From contig CBDCNP010000002.1 of the NCBI GenBank assembly GCA_965219415.1, positions 5,568,001 through 5,632,000 of the forward strand: DNA of 64,000 bases, written 5' to 3'. Position numbers and translations under genes: made by a program. Positions within the stretch are counted from its first letter, which is position 1. The number at the start of each line of letters is the position of its first letter. The notes below the pieces were generated by a model, which was not told the origin of the DNA, did not search any database, and saw only the letters and a list, made by a program, of their open reading frames with translations. Positions 32,757 to 44,502 of this stretch are shown here, in pieces. The stretch comes from Candidatus Marinacidobacterales bacterium. Lineage in GTDB: Bacteria; Acidobacteriota; Vicinamibacteria; Marinacidobacterales; DATDRI01.

Positions 32757-33608
32757 ATGGCTGATGAGAAGTCATTCACCGCGAAGGACGCGAAGGAGCT
32801 GGCGGGGCTGTCCTACCGGCAGCTCCACGATTGGGAGTCCCGGAACGCAATTCCCAGCGACCGTACACGAGAACGGAAATGGCGAACATTTAGCTCTAAG
32901 CAACTTTTCGTACTCATGGTCTGCAGCGAGATTCGACGCCGATATGGCATTCCTGTTGAGAAAATTCGCTACGTCAGCGACTTCATGGCTAGTGAAGAAG
33001 CTGACCACTTCGCGGCCGCGGTCAGGATGATGAGCTTTGGGTTTCACGTATTCCTGTTGACCGACTTCGAGACGACGTTTGTGATGGACTCCGATCTGGA
33101 GTTCAACGATCTGATGCAGCATGGTTACTTTCGCGACGAGGACACAAAGCCGTTCATCTTTCTCCGACTTAACGGAATCGTGAATCGCCTTCTCAGTTTA
33201 CTGAAAGAGCCGATCGAAATAAGACCAGACGACGCTATCTACGACACTATATCCGTGCACAAAGCGCTCGACGTCCACACTCAAGCAGAACTGGATCTAT
33301 TGCAAGCCGTGCGAAGTGGACACTTCGATCAGGTCACGGTCAAGCTAAACCACGGAATGATCAGCGTTATCGATAAGGAGGGCGAAGTCGCCACGGAGGA
33401 TCTGAACAATGCGGACGACACCATAAGCGTGAAGCGAGAAAATGAGTTCGAGACGCTCATGGTGAACTCGCGAGACGGTCAGATCGTACGCGCTCGGAGG
33501 AGGCTTCCGAAGAAGTACACAAAAGCAGACAACGAACACATGGTGTTTGATGGTCTTGGCAAGAAACGTGGAGCCAGAAAGAAACGTCGCAAGTGGCGAG
33601 CTGGGTGA
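32757..33608 (+). CDS. MerR-type HTH regulator
   Basis: FTAKDAKELAGLSYRQLHDWE...WRTFS..L..L...RRYGIPVEKIR. Confidence 0.7.
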   Translation: MADEKSFTAKDAKELAGLSYRQLHDWESRNAIPSDRTRERKWRTFSSKQLFVLMVCSEIRRRYGIPVEKIRYVSDFMASEEADHFAAAVRMMSFGFHVFLLTDFETTFVMDSDLEFNDLMQHGYFRDEDTKPFIFLRLNGIVNRLLSLLKEPIEIRPDDAIYDTISVHKALDVHTQAELDLLQAVRSGHFDQVTVKLNHGMISVIDKEGEVATEDLNNADDTISVKRENEFETLMVNSRDGQIVRARRRLPKKYTKADNEHMVFDGLGKKRGARKKRRKWRAG

Positions 33609-33854
33609 CGGTACGCAGCCGAGCCCAATTCGTCCAATCGAAATGACAAACCGTGTTGACAGGATGAGCCTGAGCTACGGGAACTACGGTGCGTTACGTG
33701 CTCACATGAAAGCTCCTGATGCTCAGCTTGAAACGATGTCGCGAGATTCTGGGACGCGACAACGCGCTCTCGGATGAAAATCGCGTGAACTTTAGGAACG
33801 AACTTGACTCCAGCGGCTCCGGTTCAGGCGACCAAGATGGAAATCCCGAATTAA

Positions 33855-36512
33855 TGGCCGTGTTGCGTTCCGGAGAACCGCCGCTCGTTGTGTTCGTCAG
33901 CAGTCGAATCTCTACACAAACACGATGGGCGCGTGACGCGGTGGCCGACACGCTTCAGCAGTCGAACCAGTTCAAACCCTGGTTATTCGAGCACGCACCC
34001 GCCAGCTCCGAGATTCTTGCTGACAGCTATTTGGCCAAGGTGCGTGAGTCAGACTTGGTTATTTGGCTTGTTGAGCAGGAGACGACGGAGCCCGTTCGAG
34101 CCGAAATCACCGCGGCCCTTGAGGCCACTCGGCGAATCTTGATGTTCCGAATCACCCCTCCCCCGAGTGACTCCGCGACCGAGTCACTGATCACGTGTGT
34201 CGGCACCAAGTGGGACTACGTCGCCGACGCCGCAGATCTGAAGGGAAAACTGCAGGCGGCGCTTGGGGACGAAATCGTACGAGCGTGACGTGCCGCAGGT
34301 CGACCGACGAAGCCTCCAATCCTAGATACTCTGAGCGCTCAAAGTCGAAGCCGGTGTATCGACCGATGGTTGGCTGCCGGGATTTCAGACAGGATCGCCG
34401 AGTGCTTTGCCGACGATCCATCGATTGGACTGTTGCAGGTCCCGGTATTCGCATCGAACCGACTCGCCATCCTCCGCGCAGAGATAGGTGCGGGAAAGTC
34501 CCTAGCTGCTGAACGACTGTTCCAAGATGCTCTTAAGCTGGCGCGCATACACGAGAACGAAGAAATCCCGATTTTTCCTCGAAGCAAAGAACATCATTGG
34601 ATCACTTGAGCAGAACCTAAGCGGGTCGGGATATAATAGCGTCCCGGTCGGCAGCGTTCTGGTCGTCATCGACGGTCTAGATGAGGCACCAGTAGAACGG
34701 CGCGTTGAGCTTGCGCGAGCTGCGAGACGGCTAACATTCGAGTACCCATCGGCTCGAGTCTTGGTCACGAGCCGGCCGCTTTCCGATCTGAGTCCTGAGT
34801 TCGATGACTTTTTCATTGATGTCCCGCCGTTAACCCGCGAGCAGACTTTCGCGTTAATAACTCGTGTCGCCGGCCGCGATGTCGATGAATGGACGTTCCG
34901 GGACTTCCCAGAATCATTCATCCAAGCTATCGCACGGCCGCTTTTTGCGATTCTCGTAGGTGTGAGTCAACGCGGGGAAGCGCTCGTACCCGTCCCAAAG
35001 GGTCGCTTACTCTCCCAATTGGTGGAAGCGAGCCTCGGGCGTGCCAATGCAAGACAAGAGAGTGCTGATCCACTTCTGAGAAAACTCGCGCGCCTAGTGA
35101 TGGACCGTGGTGGCGCGCCGGTCCCCATTTCGGACGTCTCGACGTACGCTGAAGCTGCGCCGCTTCTACAATCACGGCTCATTGTGGAACGCAAGGGTTC
35201 GCTCGTGTTTCCCTTGGCGATCCTCGCGGAGTGGTTTGCGGCGCGCGAGCTCGAAACGGGAACACCTAGGGCGGACGAAATGGCTGCCGACGCTGTCCGG
35301 CTTCGAAATTGGATAGTGCCGCTTGAGATATGTGTATCCGAAGCGAGCGAGCCGAATGTATCTCGGCTCATGCGACCGCTTGCATCCCAGCGTCCAGCAT
35401 TCGCGGCGAATATCCTGGCGGAAGCATTTTCCGAGTGGACGCACGATGACACCGATCAACCGTTGCCGCACTGGCGGCAGTTTGGCGAACAGCTTCGCGA
35501 CGCGATGAAGGCATGGGCTGTAGGCATGGGTCCTTTGGCACCTCTGGTCGCTCCGGTCCACCGCGATGGGCGCCTTCGAACGATCGGAGTTCGCCTATCC
35601 GATCCTTCGACCGTTGTCGTCTCTTGGGCGCGCCGCACCGCAGCCGAAGAGGTAGTTGAACTGCCAGACGGCTTTCACGTCGATGAGGAATGGTTGGAAT
35701 TTAACGCAACAATACGGCTTCGCTGTGCACAACGGTTGGGCTTGGCAGTGGGCTCTCGATCATCTGCAAAGCGAAGTGTGCACGTTGTTAAAACGCCGCG
35801 TCCTGCCGCAGATCGAGGCACTTCGCGCGGAATTCGGCTGGCGAGTGGCATTGTCGGTCGCTCGACGTAGTGGCTCATTGGATCCAACACCAATCCCGAA
35901 GAATCTGCTTGAGAAGCGCCTTAGGTCGTACCCGTCTCGTGGAACCTACGTGGATAGTGGAGACTCATTTGAGGTCGATCGGGTTCATGAGGTACTTGCA
36001 CGGTTGATGGAGGAAAACGGTGAACGCCATCTGTGTCCACCTTGGCCAGGCCCCGAGAACCTCATCGGACCGTATGTATGGAGCGGATATTCTCCCGAGG
36101 CCTTGCTGGCACGCACGCACGCCGTCTACACCGCAGCGTTGGGGGCGTACTTTGAGGTGGTCGACGCTGGTTTCCCCGTTTTTGCGGCGACTTACGGCTC
36201 GAATCCAAACGTCCGTTCAAGTTGATTGGCATGGTCAGGACTGCGACAGAACCTAAGGTGTGGCATAGGGGGCCTTGTATTTGTTATTACCGAGAGCCGA
36301 ATCTAAGTGGCCCTGACTTCACAGTAAATCTACAACTGGGGAATGAGAGCGCGTGGAAGACCTTCCTCGATCACGTCAACGACGGACTTGAGAATCGGCA
36401 GATCGACAGCTTCAGGTCTTCTGTGCTGGACGTATTCGACTTAGACGCAGCTGAAAAATTGACATACTCGTGGCTCCTTGATGATCTGCGGCAAGTTCAC
36501 TGGATTCGATAG
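33855..36512 (+). pseudogene. DUF4062-like domain fused to NACHT/STAND NTPase, disrupted
   Basis: VFVSS..YLAKVRESDLVIWL..VRAEI; in-frame TGA at 34286; Walker A AEIGAGKS; Walker B LVVIDGLDE; VLVTSRP; frameshifts near 34575, 35715 and 36215. Confidence 0.7.
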
Positions 36513-36520
36513 CCGAGAGG

Positions 36521-36856
36521 TTGTGCCTTCTATTTATTCATCCGCGCGCCCCGAACTTGATTAGTCTTCGGTCTACCGGCACCATGCCTACATGATTTCG
36601 TCATTTGTTCGCGCTCTCATCTCTGTCTTCAAGGCTCGTCGCGAGCTGGTGCCCGCGGATGATTTAAGACGATAGCGGCCTGTTGGTCACGCTGGAGCCA
36701 ACCAGCGACGGCAACCATCAACAGTGTCAAGGGCTGGATCGGCGTCCTCATGACCGAGGATTCTAGCTCCCATCGGCCAACCAAGCGTATACACGACTAT
36801 TCCGAAACGTCCCGGCGTGCCGATCTTGAGTTCGTTTGTATTTTTGGACACGACGG
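36521..36856. repeat. type C left end (36521-36650, +) and type D left end (36688-36856, -)
   Basis: TGTGCCTTCTATTTATT... and ...TTTTTGGACACGACGGG; D part homologous to 51773-51941. Confidence 0.8.
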
Positions 36857-36883
36857 GCAAGGTCAAGTGAGCTGAGCCCGAAT

Positions 36884-38407
36884 TCACGGATCCGCGGGTT
36901 GCTTTTTCAACTTTACCCAATGGCTGAGCGCGTTGGGGAGCTTTTCGTTGGAAGGAGTCATCGCGGTGGCGGAGCCGCTGAGAGCTTGCTCTCTTAGCTC
37001 GAGCGAGAAGATAAGGGAGTAGCGCTGGCGGTTGGCATCGACAGTGCCAATGTCGCCGTTCGCCCATCCCCATAAAACGTTCATTCGAAACATCGGTCGC
37101 CAAAACTTGCTCTCTGGTTGCTCCCCCAGTCGGATGCGCATCCCGTTCGATTCGCTTACCACAAGCCTGAGCGGTATAGGACCCGCGTAAGTATGCACAG
37201 CGCCCGCCCAGGTGCCGACGATTTTCTGCGGCGGCTTGAAGGGGTCGGATCTGATATCCGTGTCGGAGCTCACTCCGATGGTCGCTTTGGATCGTGGAGA
37301 GGGACGTGCGTAGCTAGGTAGCAGATCAAACAAGATCTCCTCGCTCACCCTCATCGGAAGGCTCGTACGGCTCGTCGCGAGCACCGCGACCGCGATCTTC
37401 TGCGAGGGGATAAGAACGAGGGACGTGGTGACGCCGCTCATGCTGCCCCGGTGAGTCACCACCCGATATCCGCGCCGGTCGCTGTGTATTTCCCAGCCGA
37501 TACCGTAGTCGGCTCCCTCGTTGGTGCGAGCGGTCGCCTTTTGCATTTCCTTGATCGAACGATCTGAGAGCACGCGCCCTTGCTCAGCCTTCAATCTCAG
37601 GTGCAGCATCCCGAACCGTATCAGGTCATGGGCACAGGAGAAGGCGGCGGATGCACCTCGGTGATCGAAATCGTAAAAGGGAAGCGACTCTCCCTTGAAA
37701 TCATAGCGCACCGCGAGTTCTTCGCGGTTTTTTGGATCGAGGACGATAGCGGTGTGTTCTAAGTCGAGTGGCTCGAAGAGGTGGTCTTGCATAAAAGTCG
37801 CATAGGTTTTTTGGGATACGGTCTCGATGGCGTGTTCGAGGATTCCATAGCCCAGATTGGAGTACTGATACCGTTTTCCTGGCTCGGTGACGACGTTTCC
37901 GTACCGCCCGATGGTGACCGCCATCGGTGGGCGGGGGTAAGGCTCGTCGTTCGGGAAGAAGTGGTGGTGAAGCGGGAGGCCGGCGGTGTGGTTTGCCACT
38001 CGCCGTACGGTGACGTCTTGGGGCTCACCGACTCGGACCTTCAGCCTGGCTTCACCGAGGTAGTCGTTCATCGGCCGATCCAAATCGATAGCGCCCCGCT
38101 CGACGAGGATCATCAGTGCGGTCGCGGTCATCGGTTTGGTGACCGAGGCAAGGGAGTACATCGTATGCGGTGTGGCGCGAATCCCTCGCTCTCGATCCGC
38201 CCAGCCAAAGGCCTCCTCCCATAGGATCTCGTCCTTGCGTGAAACCACGACGGCGAGGGACGGTGTGACGCCCTGTTTGAGCTCTGTCAGTATCTTTTCT
38301 CTGATATGTCGGAATCGTTCTTCGGAGCTTTTCGCGGGTGTGGAAACGAGGATAGAAGCCACCACCCACACCCACGCGAACCGGCTTCTAGACCCCCGCA
38401 AAATCAT
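36884..38407 (-). CDS. secreted serine hydrolase, beta-lactamase class C-like
   Basis: signal peptide; SVTK (SxxK), YSN and HRG motifs. Confidence 0.85.
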   Translation of the reverse strand: MILRGSRSRFAWVWVVASILVSTPAKSSEERFRHIREKILTELKQGVTPSLAVVVSRKDEILWEEAFGWADRERGIRATPHTMYSLASVTKPMTATALMILVERGAIDLDRPMNDYLGEARLKVRVGEPQDVTVRRVANHTAGLPLHHHFFPNDEPYPRPPMAVTIGRYGNVVTEPGKRYQYSNLGYGILEHAIETVSQKTYATFMQDHLFEPLDLEHTAIVLDPKNREELAVRYDFKGESLPFYDFDHRGASAAFSCAHDLIRFGMLHLRLKAEQGRVLSDRSIKEMQKATARTNEGADYGIGWEIHSDRRGYRVVTHRGSMSGVTTSLVLIPSQKIAVAVLATSRTSLPMRVSEEILFDLLPSYARPSPRSKATIGVSSDTDIRSDPFKPPQKIVGTWAGAVHTYAGPIPLRLVVSESNGMRIRLGEQPESKFWRPMFRMNVLWGWANGDIGTVDANRQRYSLIFSLELREQALSGSATAMTPSNEKLPNALSHWVKLKKQPADP

Positions 38408-38419
38408 GGATCGCCTTTT

Positions 38420-38777
38420 CGGGAGGTAGGGGAGCCCGTTCAGTCATGCCCCGACATTTTAGGGCCTTCGCCGCGTTGGCAAAGCAAGTGGCCAGCTCGG
38501 GAGGCTCGTTCAGGGAAAAGCGGTCGGCCGTCGACTTCAGCAGGCTCCCCTTGACCATCCGTCGCATCAAGTCCGACACATCTACCTGCTGGCGGTTGAC
38601 CCAGCCAACCAGAACGAGCAATAGGAATTGCACGTGGTACGTCATCATGGATCTGAAGATAACACCCTCGGGCCAGACGATTGCAAAGCCTACGGCCCTT
38701 GGCCCTGTCGCAACACAGATACTAAGCTGCTGATTTATAGTCTATTTCAAAAGAGCCGAGTTTTGGCACAGGACGGG
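38420..38777 (-). mobile_element. type B left end plus deleted transposase remnant
   Basis: MMTYHVQFLLLVLVGWVNRQQ; terminus GGCACAGGACGGG. Confidence 0.75.
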
Positions 38778-39229
38778 GAATTTGAAATAGGCAAACAGGG
38801 AATTGCTCTGGAGGAACAGGGAATTAAAGTCAGCGAACAGGGAAATGCCACGGTCAGCACATGAGGGGTTCCATTCGACCGCACGGATGGTTTTCCGCCC
38901 CGCCGGTCAAAAGAGTCCCATCTCCGACCTCGGAGCAAGAATGCCCGGGTCGTCGTTCCGAACGCTGTTTACTCTGGCGCTAACGGCACGCTTCTCTTAA
39001 GGGCCGGCCACCATAGGGTTCACGCACCAAGTCTGTCTGCCCGTCAATATTCGATCTTCTTTTCTGCAGATCACAACCTCCTTGCCGTCAGAAGACGGGT
39101 CTAGGTATTCCTGTTCACGGAGGCACACAACCCGGTCTCTTCCGAGATCGTGCCACTGCACGCAGCCGCTTAACAACACTTGATGGCGGAAGCACCCTGG
39201 CGGTTGACCCCGTTGTGTCCAAGTCCCTC

Positions 39230-40000
39230 TTACGAAGAGCCGCCCTTGGCCGGATTCAAGAACTCCTGCATCAGCTCGATCGGAAGTGGGAATACGAGCG
39301 TTGAGTTCTTTTCGGTTGCGATCTCGGTAAGAGTCTGTAGATAGCGTAGCTGGATCCCCATCGGGTGTTGGCCGACGACCTTCGCCGCAGCCGTCAACTT
39401 ATCCGAGGCTTCGAACTCACCGTCGGCGTGGATGATCTTGGCTCGCTTCTTCCGTTCCGCCTCCGCCTGCTTGGCCAGCGCGCGCGTCATTTCCGCCGGC
39501 AGATCGACGTGCTTGACCTCCACGGAGGTGACTTTGATGCCCCACGGGTCGGTGTGTTTGTCCAGGAGATCCTGGAGCTGCATGTTGAGCCGCTCACGTT
39601 CGGATAGAAGATCATCGAGCTCCACTTGACCGAGGACGCTGCGGAGCGTCGTTTGCGCAAGCTGAGAAGTCGCATGGAGAAAGTTCTCCACCTCGACCAC
39701 CGCCTTGATCGGATGAACGACACGGAAGAAAACCACCGCGTTTACCTTCACCGAAACGTTGTCGCGCGTGATCACATCCTGGGGCGGCACGTCGAGAGCC
39801 ACCAGTCGGAGACTCATCTTCACCATGCGATCGATCGGGCTGAAGACGAAGATGAGTCCCGGCCCCTTAGGATAGGGCAGGAGCTTCCCGAAGCGAAAGA
39901 TGACTCCTCACTCGTACTCGTTGAGAACCTTGATCCAGTTGAGGAAGAAGATTGCGAGAAGAATAAGACCAATAAACCAACCCAACGGTAGCCCAAACAT
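39230..40000 (-). pseudogene. SPFH/stomatin (slipin) family gene with nonsense codon at 39908-39910
   Basis: KVLNEYE*GVIFRFG..GPGL; [10 protein letters not shown]; [10 protein letters not shown]; LRYLQTL, all in one frame. Confidence 0.9.
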
Positions 40001-40029
40001 CGCTCACTCCTTTTCTGATTCCGTCGAGT

Positions 40030-40579
40030 CCCGTCCTGTGCCAAAACTCGGCCCTTTTGAAATAGGCCATAAATCAGCAGCTTAGTGTCTGTGTTTGCGC
40101 CGGGGCCAAGGGCCGTAGGCTTTACAATCGTCTGGCCCGAGGGTGTTATCTTCAGCTCCATGATGACGTACCACGTGCAATTCCTACTGCTCGTTCTAGC
40201 TGGCTGGGTCAACCGCCAGCAGCAGGATGTGATCGACTACCAGCGAGAGGAGAACCGTGTGCTCCGCGCCGGGCTTCGGGGCAAGCGTCTCAGGCTCTCG
40301 GACGACGACCGGCGCAGGCTCGCCGTCAAGGCCCAGGCTTTGGGCCGCGAGGCGCTGGCCGAGATTGCGTCCGTTGCCACACCCGCTACGCTTCTGCGTT
40401 GGTACCGCTGCCTCATCGCAGCCAAGTACGATGGCAGCAAGAACCGGAGCCCAGGCCGACCTCCGACGGCGAAGGACATCCGTGAGCTCATTGTACGCAT
40501 GGCGCAGGAGAACCCGACGTGGGGATATGCGCGCCTGCGAGGCGCACTCAAGAACCTAGGACATGAACTCGGACGCAAC
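40030..40579 (+). mobile_element. type B rve element: left end and 5' transposase, cut by IS256
   Basis: LAGWVNRQQQDVIDYQREENRVL...WGYARLRGAL. Confidence 0.85.
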
Positions 40580-41951
40580 GAGCTCTTGTCAATAGGTGTG
40601 TAAAAAAGTTCAGGCAGCAGCAACCTTCGACGACTCCGTTACCCTGTCTCCATCTTCAAATCGAACGCCCAGGTGAACCTCTCGCATCAGCTCCGGTGCG
40701 TTGAGCCGGCGAAAATTCTTCTCCGCAACCAGAAGCAGTTTGAAGATTGTCGCAGTGGCGGACTCGACTTTCTTGAACCTTTTGGCCGCATCCGTTCTCA
40801 ATCTCAGTGCAGCGAACGGTGACTCCACGACGTTGCTCGTGCGAAGGTGTTGCCAGTGAGGCTTGGGAAAGGAATAGAAGCTGACCATCCGCTCCCAGTC
40901 CTCGTCGAGCACGTGCGCGGCCCCCGGAAGACCCTTGCGCAAGCACCAATCCTGGAACTTGGCCTTCTTCGTCTCGCACTCCTGCAGGCTGGTGGGGTAG
41001 GGGATCGCCGTCAACAGCGGCTTGGCCTGCGCCTGGTCCCTTTTCGGAATCCGGTCCAGTACGTTGAGGATTCGGTGGTTCCAGCACCGCTGCTCCTCAG
41101 CTTCTGGAAATACGTTTCGGGTCGCGGCACAGATGCCGAGATGACCGTCACCGATCACCAAACGGGGACATCTCAGACCGCGCTTCTTCAGTCTCCGTAG
41201 CAGCGACGACCATGACGCTTCGGATTCTCGATGCCCGGCCTCCAGCGTCAGGACGATTTTCGTCCCGTCGGACAGGCCACCAACCGCAACTAGCACCGCC
41301 GCCTTGTCCTTCTCAAGGCCGGCCTTCACGTACACGCCATCTACCCACAGGGACACGAGCTCGAGTTCGTCCAGTGGGCGAGCTAGCCACTGCTCGTACT
41401 CTCCCTGCCATTTCTGTTTCAGCCGCGACACCGTGCTGGGAGAAAGTGGAGCGTCCTCCCCTAGAAGCCCGCGGAGCGCCAAATCGAAATCTCCGTGAGC
41501 TAGTCCATGCAGGTACAGCTCCGGAATCAACTCGCTCACCGTTTCGCTCCGACGCTTGAACAGCGGAAGCACTCGACTTTCGAACCTCTCCTCCACGTCC
41601 CCTACTCTCGGCCGGCGAACCGTCACCGTGCCCACGCTCATCGTCAGCTTCCGAGGCTTACCGTATCCATTTCGATAGCCCGCCGTTGTGTCCACGGGCT
41701 TCCGTCTCTCCGATTTCTCACGCCCGAGAAGCTCCGTGACTTCGGCTACCATCAGCTCCTGCACCCAATCCTGGATCTCGAGCCTCGCCCACTTCTCCAG
41801 CGACTCCCAAGCCACCCTTGACGAGCTCCGTCGTCTTGTGGTCTTTTCCTTCATGGCGGTGTCTCCTTCCGTTGGCCCCTTCACGCCGTGTTTCGTGACG
41901 CGGAAGGTTACTCCGCCTTTACTTTATTTCCACACCTTCTGAGGGTAGCTC
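40580..41951 (-). mobile_element. IS256-family element, intact transposase 40610-41854, no target duplication
   Basis: YRNGY, WVDG, IGDG, QRCWNH and RTSNVVES motifs; TIRs GAGCTCTTGTCAATAGGTGTG / GAGCTACCCTCAGAAGGTGTG. Confidence 0.92.
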
Positions 41952-42073
41952 CTCCCGGAAACTGTTGCAGCGTCCCGTCCTGTGCCAAAACTCGGGCTTT
42001 TTGAAATAGCCTATAAATCAGCAGCTTGGTGTCTGTGTTTGCGACCGGGCCCTTAGCTCCTGGAAACAAGATT

Positions 42074-42400
42074 TCAACCCTTGACGAGCTTGAGCGCCCT
42101 CTTGGCAAGCACGGTCACGACCCCGGCATAAAGAGAGGTACTGACCTGATCGACGATGGCGTCCAGGGAACCGCCAATCACTTGGATGTGACTCAGTACG
42201 TCCGCACCTGCAGTAGCGCCGACTGCAAGAGTCAATACCAAGTAGGCTGTCGCGTCCTCAGCGTCGATCGCCAAACCGCCATACACCAAGCCCAGAACAA
42301 CCAGTGCGAGGGCCACGATCCCAGCGGGAACTGCCTCAGCGGCCAAGCCCTGCACAATCGCCAATAGCCAGATGAGGCCAACAATGATTCTGATTGCCAT
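42074..42400 (-). CDS. small integral membrane protein, unknown function
   Basis: 108 aa with 3-4 hydrophobic segments; GGAAGGGA RBS. Confidence 0.6.
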   Translation of the reverse strand: MAIRIIVGLIWLLAIVQGLAAEAVPAGIVALALVVLGLVYGGLAIDAEDATAYLVLTLAVGATAGADVLSHIQVIGGSLDAIVDQVSTSLYAGVVTVLAKRALKLVKG

Positions 42401-42571
42401 TTTTATCTTGTCCCTTCCATAAACTCGAGCTGTATGAGATTGGCGAACTTCCTGCAACCGGAATGCTTTGGTCGTCTTCATGTAGGACGTTTTAAGAGCC
42501 GGCGTCGGCTCTACTCAGGGGTAGAGGTGTAAGCTGGTGCGAAGTCCGGCAGCCGTTCCGAGCGGATCGGC

Positions 42572-43560
42572 TCAAGCAGCGCGTCGAGTGTAGTGATGAT
42601 GGAGACCACCGACCTTTGGAATGGCACTGACCTTGCCCATCGCCGGTGACTCTACCCGGCGAGGCTCGGGCGCGTCCTTCTCAAGCGACAAATGAGTCCG
42701 GCACGAATGATAGTAGTCGACGTATTTGCGTAGGATTCGCCTCAGGTGCCGCTCGTCGAGGACGATCACGTGGTCGAGACACTCACGTCGAATGGAGCCG
42801 ATCATCCTTTCGACCAATGGATTCTGCCACGGGGAGCGCGGTATGGAAAAGCATCGGCCATTGGCTGTGCCGTCCACTCGGCAGAAGGATGTTCGGTGAC
42901 ATTGAAATGAACGATACGGCGACGGTCGTGGCGAAGGACGATGAAGACGAACAGAACTCTGAAGGTTGCGGTCGGCAAAGTGAAAAAGTCAAGCGACACC
43001 AAGTCCTTTGCATGATTATCGAGAAAGCTCCGCCAAGTATGGGACGGTGGGGTGCGATGGCGAACCATATACTTGGAGACGGCGGCCTGGGAAATGGAGA
43101 TGCCTAGCTTCGCCAGCTCGCCATGCACGCGGGAAGCTCCCCAGAGAGGGTTGGCCCTGCTCATGTTCCGTATCAGTTCACGTATTTCGGGAGCGACGCC
43201 TGGTCGTCCTGGCCTACGCCTTCGGCTCTTCCAAGTCCAATATCGTCTGAACCCACAACGGTGCCAGCGGATGACCGTCTCAGGTTTCACGATGACGAGG
43301 ACGCTCTCCCAGTCAGTCCAGATTCTGCGCAACAGCACCCAAAACACGCGGTCGACTTTCGAGAGCCGCGGCCGTTTCACGGAACGGCGGAGGACGGCGA
43401 GCTGCTGCCGAAGAGCGACATTCTCAAGAGCCAGCTCGCGACGAACCTTGAAGGCGGAGATGAGAGCGGGAACCAACGACGAAATCATGCCGGCATGGTG
43501 CTGGCAGACCGGAGATTATTCAAGTTTGGTGCGCGCGGATAAATAAATAGAAGGCACAAG
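42572..43560 (-). mobile_element. type C rve/IS481-like element with internal deletion
   Basis: [45 protein letters not shown]; left end at 43560. Confidence 0.85.
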
Positions 43561-43900
43561 TGCCAGCAGCGCGGACCGATGTCAAGCGGTGGCCTGCGGG
43601 GAAAACCCGGCTGCTAGAAGTTGTAGGTCAGGCCCAGATCGACGAAACTGTCGCTTCGCATCTCATAGTGGAGGTCCGCTTCGTCCACACTGAGAAGCGC
43701 GATTGCCTCATGAAACACCTGAACAAAAACATGAACGGCGACGATCCGGTCTTCGATCGCCTGCCCGAGGATGCGGACCTCGCGGCGCAGTATCTGTTGC
43801 TCTACGAGCTCTCGCTTCCGTTCGGCAGCGACATCAACGACCGCATCGACATCGGCAAGTCCGCCAAGCGCATGGTCGTCGCGACCGATAATTCATGGTC
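43560..43900. repeat. 340-bp inverted repeat arm (partner 46700-47040)
   Basis: near-identical reverse complement; chimera of an outer-membrane-gene 3' end and an MMPL fragment. Confidence 0.9.
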
Positions 43901-44502
43901 TCAAGAGCTGCGCGAGCTTGACGAGCGCGCACGGTCTGGCCCCGGGCGAATGCGCCTGATTTTGCGAACGAAGCATCGGGCGTCAGCGTCATCTTCGCTC
44001 ACATGTCGCAGCGCAATATCGACAGCATGCTGGGCGGCACGATATCCGCCATGGTTCTCATTTCGTTCATACTGATTTTTGTTTTCAGGAGCGTTGGGAT
44101 CGGTCTCCTCAGCCTCTTGCCGCATTTCATCCCCGCAATCATGAGCTTCGGTCTGTGGGGCTACCTCGTAGGCCACGTGGGCATTGTGTCCTCGGTGGTC
44201 GTCGCCGTTGTCTTCGGGATTGTCGTGGATGATACCATTCATTTTCTGAGCAAATATCTGAAAGTCCGGCGCGAAGGCCTTCCCGCACCGGAAGCCGTGC
44301 GCGCCGCCTTTCGCACCGTGGGCCATGCGTTGTTGACGACGACCGCGGTCCTGTCGGCCGGCTTTCTGGTGTTCGCCACATGAGATTCGAGGTGAGCTGG
44401 GCGCTCGGCGTCCTGGTGACGATGACGATCATCCTGGCGCTCGCCGCCGATTTCCTGCTTCTGCCGACGCTGCTGATTACCATAGACCAGGGAGATTCAT
44501 GA
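43710..44502 (+). pseudogene. MMPL family transporter C-terminal remnant
   Basis: paralog of ~49849-50640 (AQYLLLYELSLPFG, GIVVDDTIHF); frameshifts near 43935 and 44381. Confidence 0.85.

Noticed and set aside
36884-38407. True antibiotic-resistance beta-lactamase
   Set aside because: SxxK/YxN with HRG and a C-terminal extension fits a generic serine hydrolase; activity cannot be inferred
34286-39910. TGA recoding or alternative genetic code
   Set aside because: The slipin TGA replaces a conserved Arg while the other plausibly derives from TGG, and many intact genes here end in TGA
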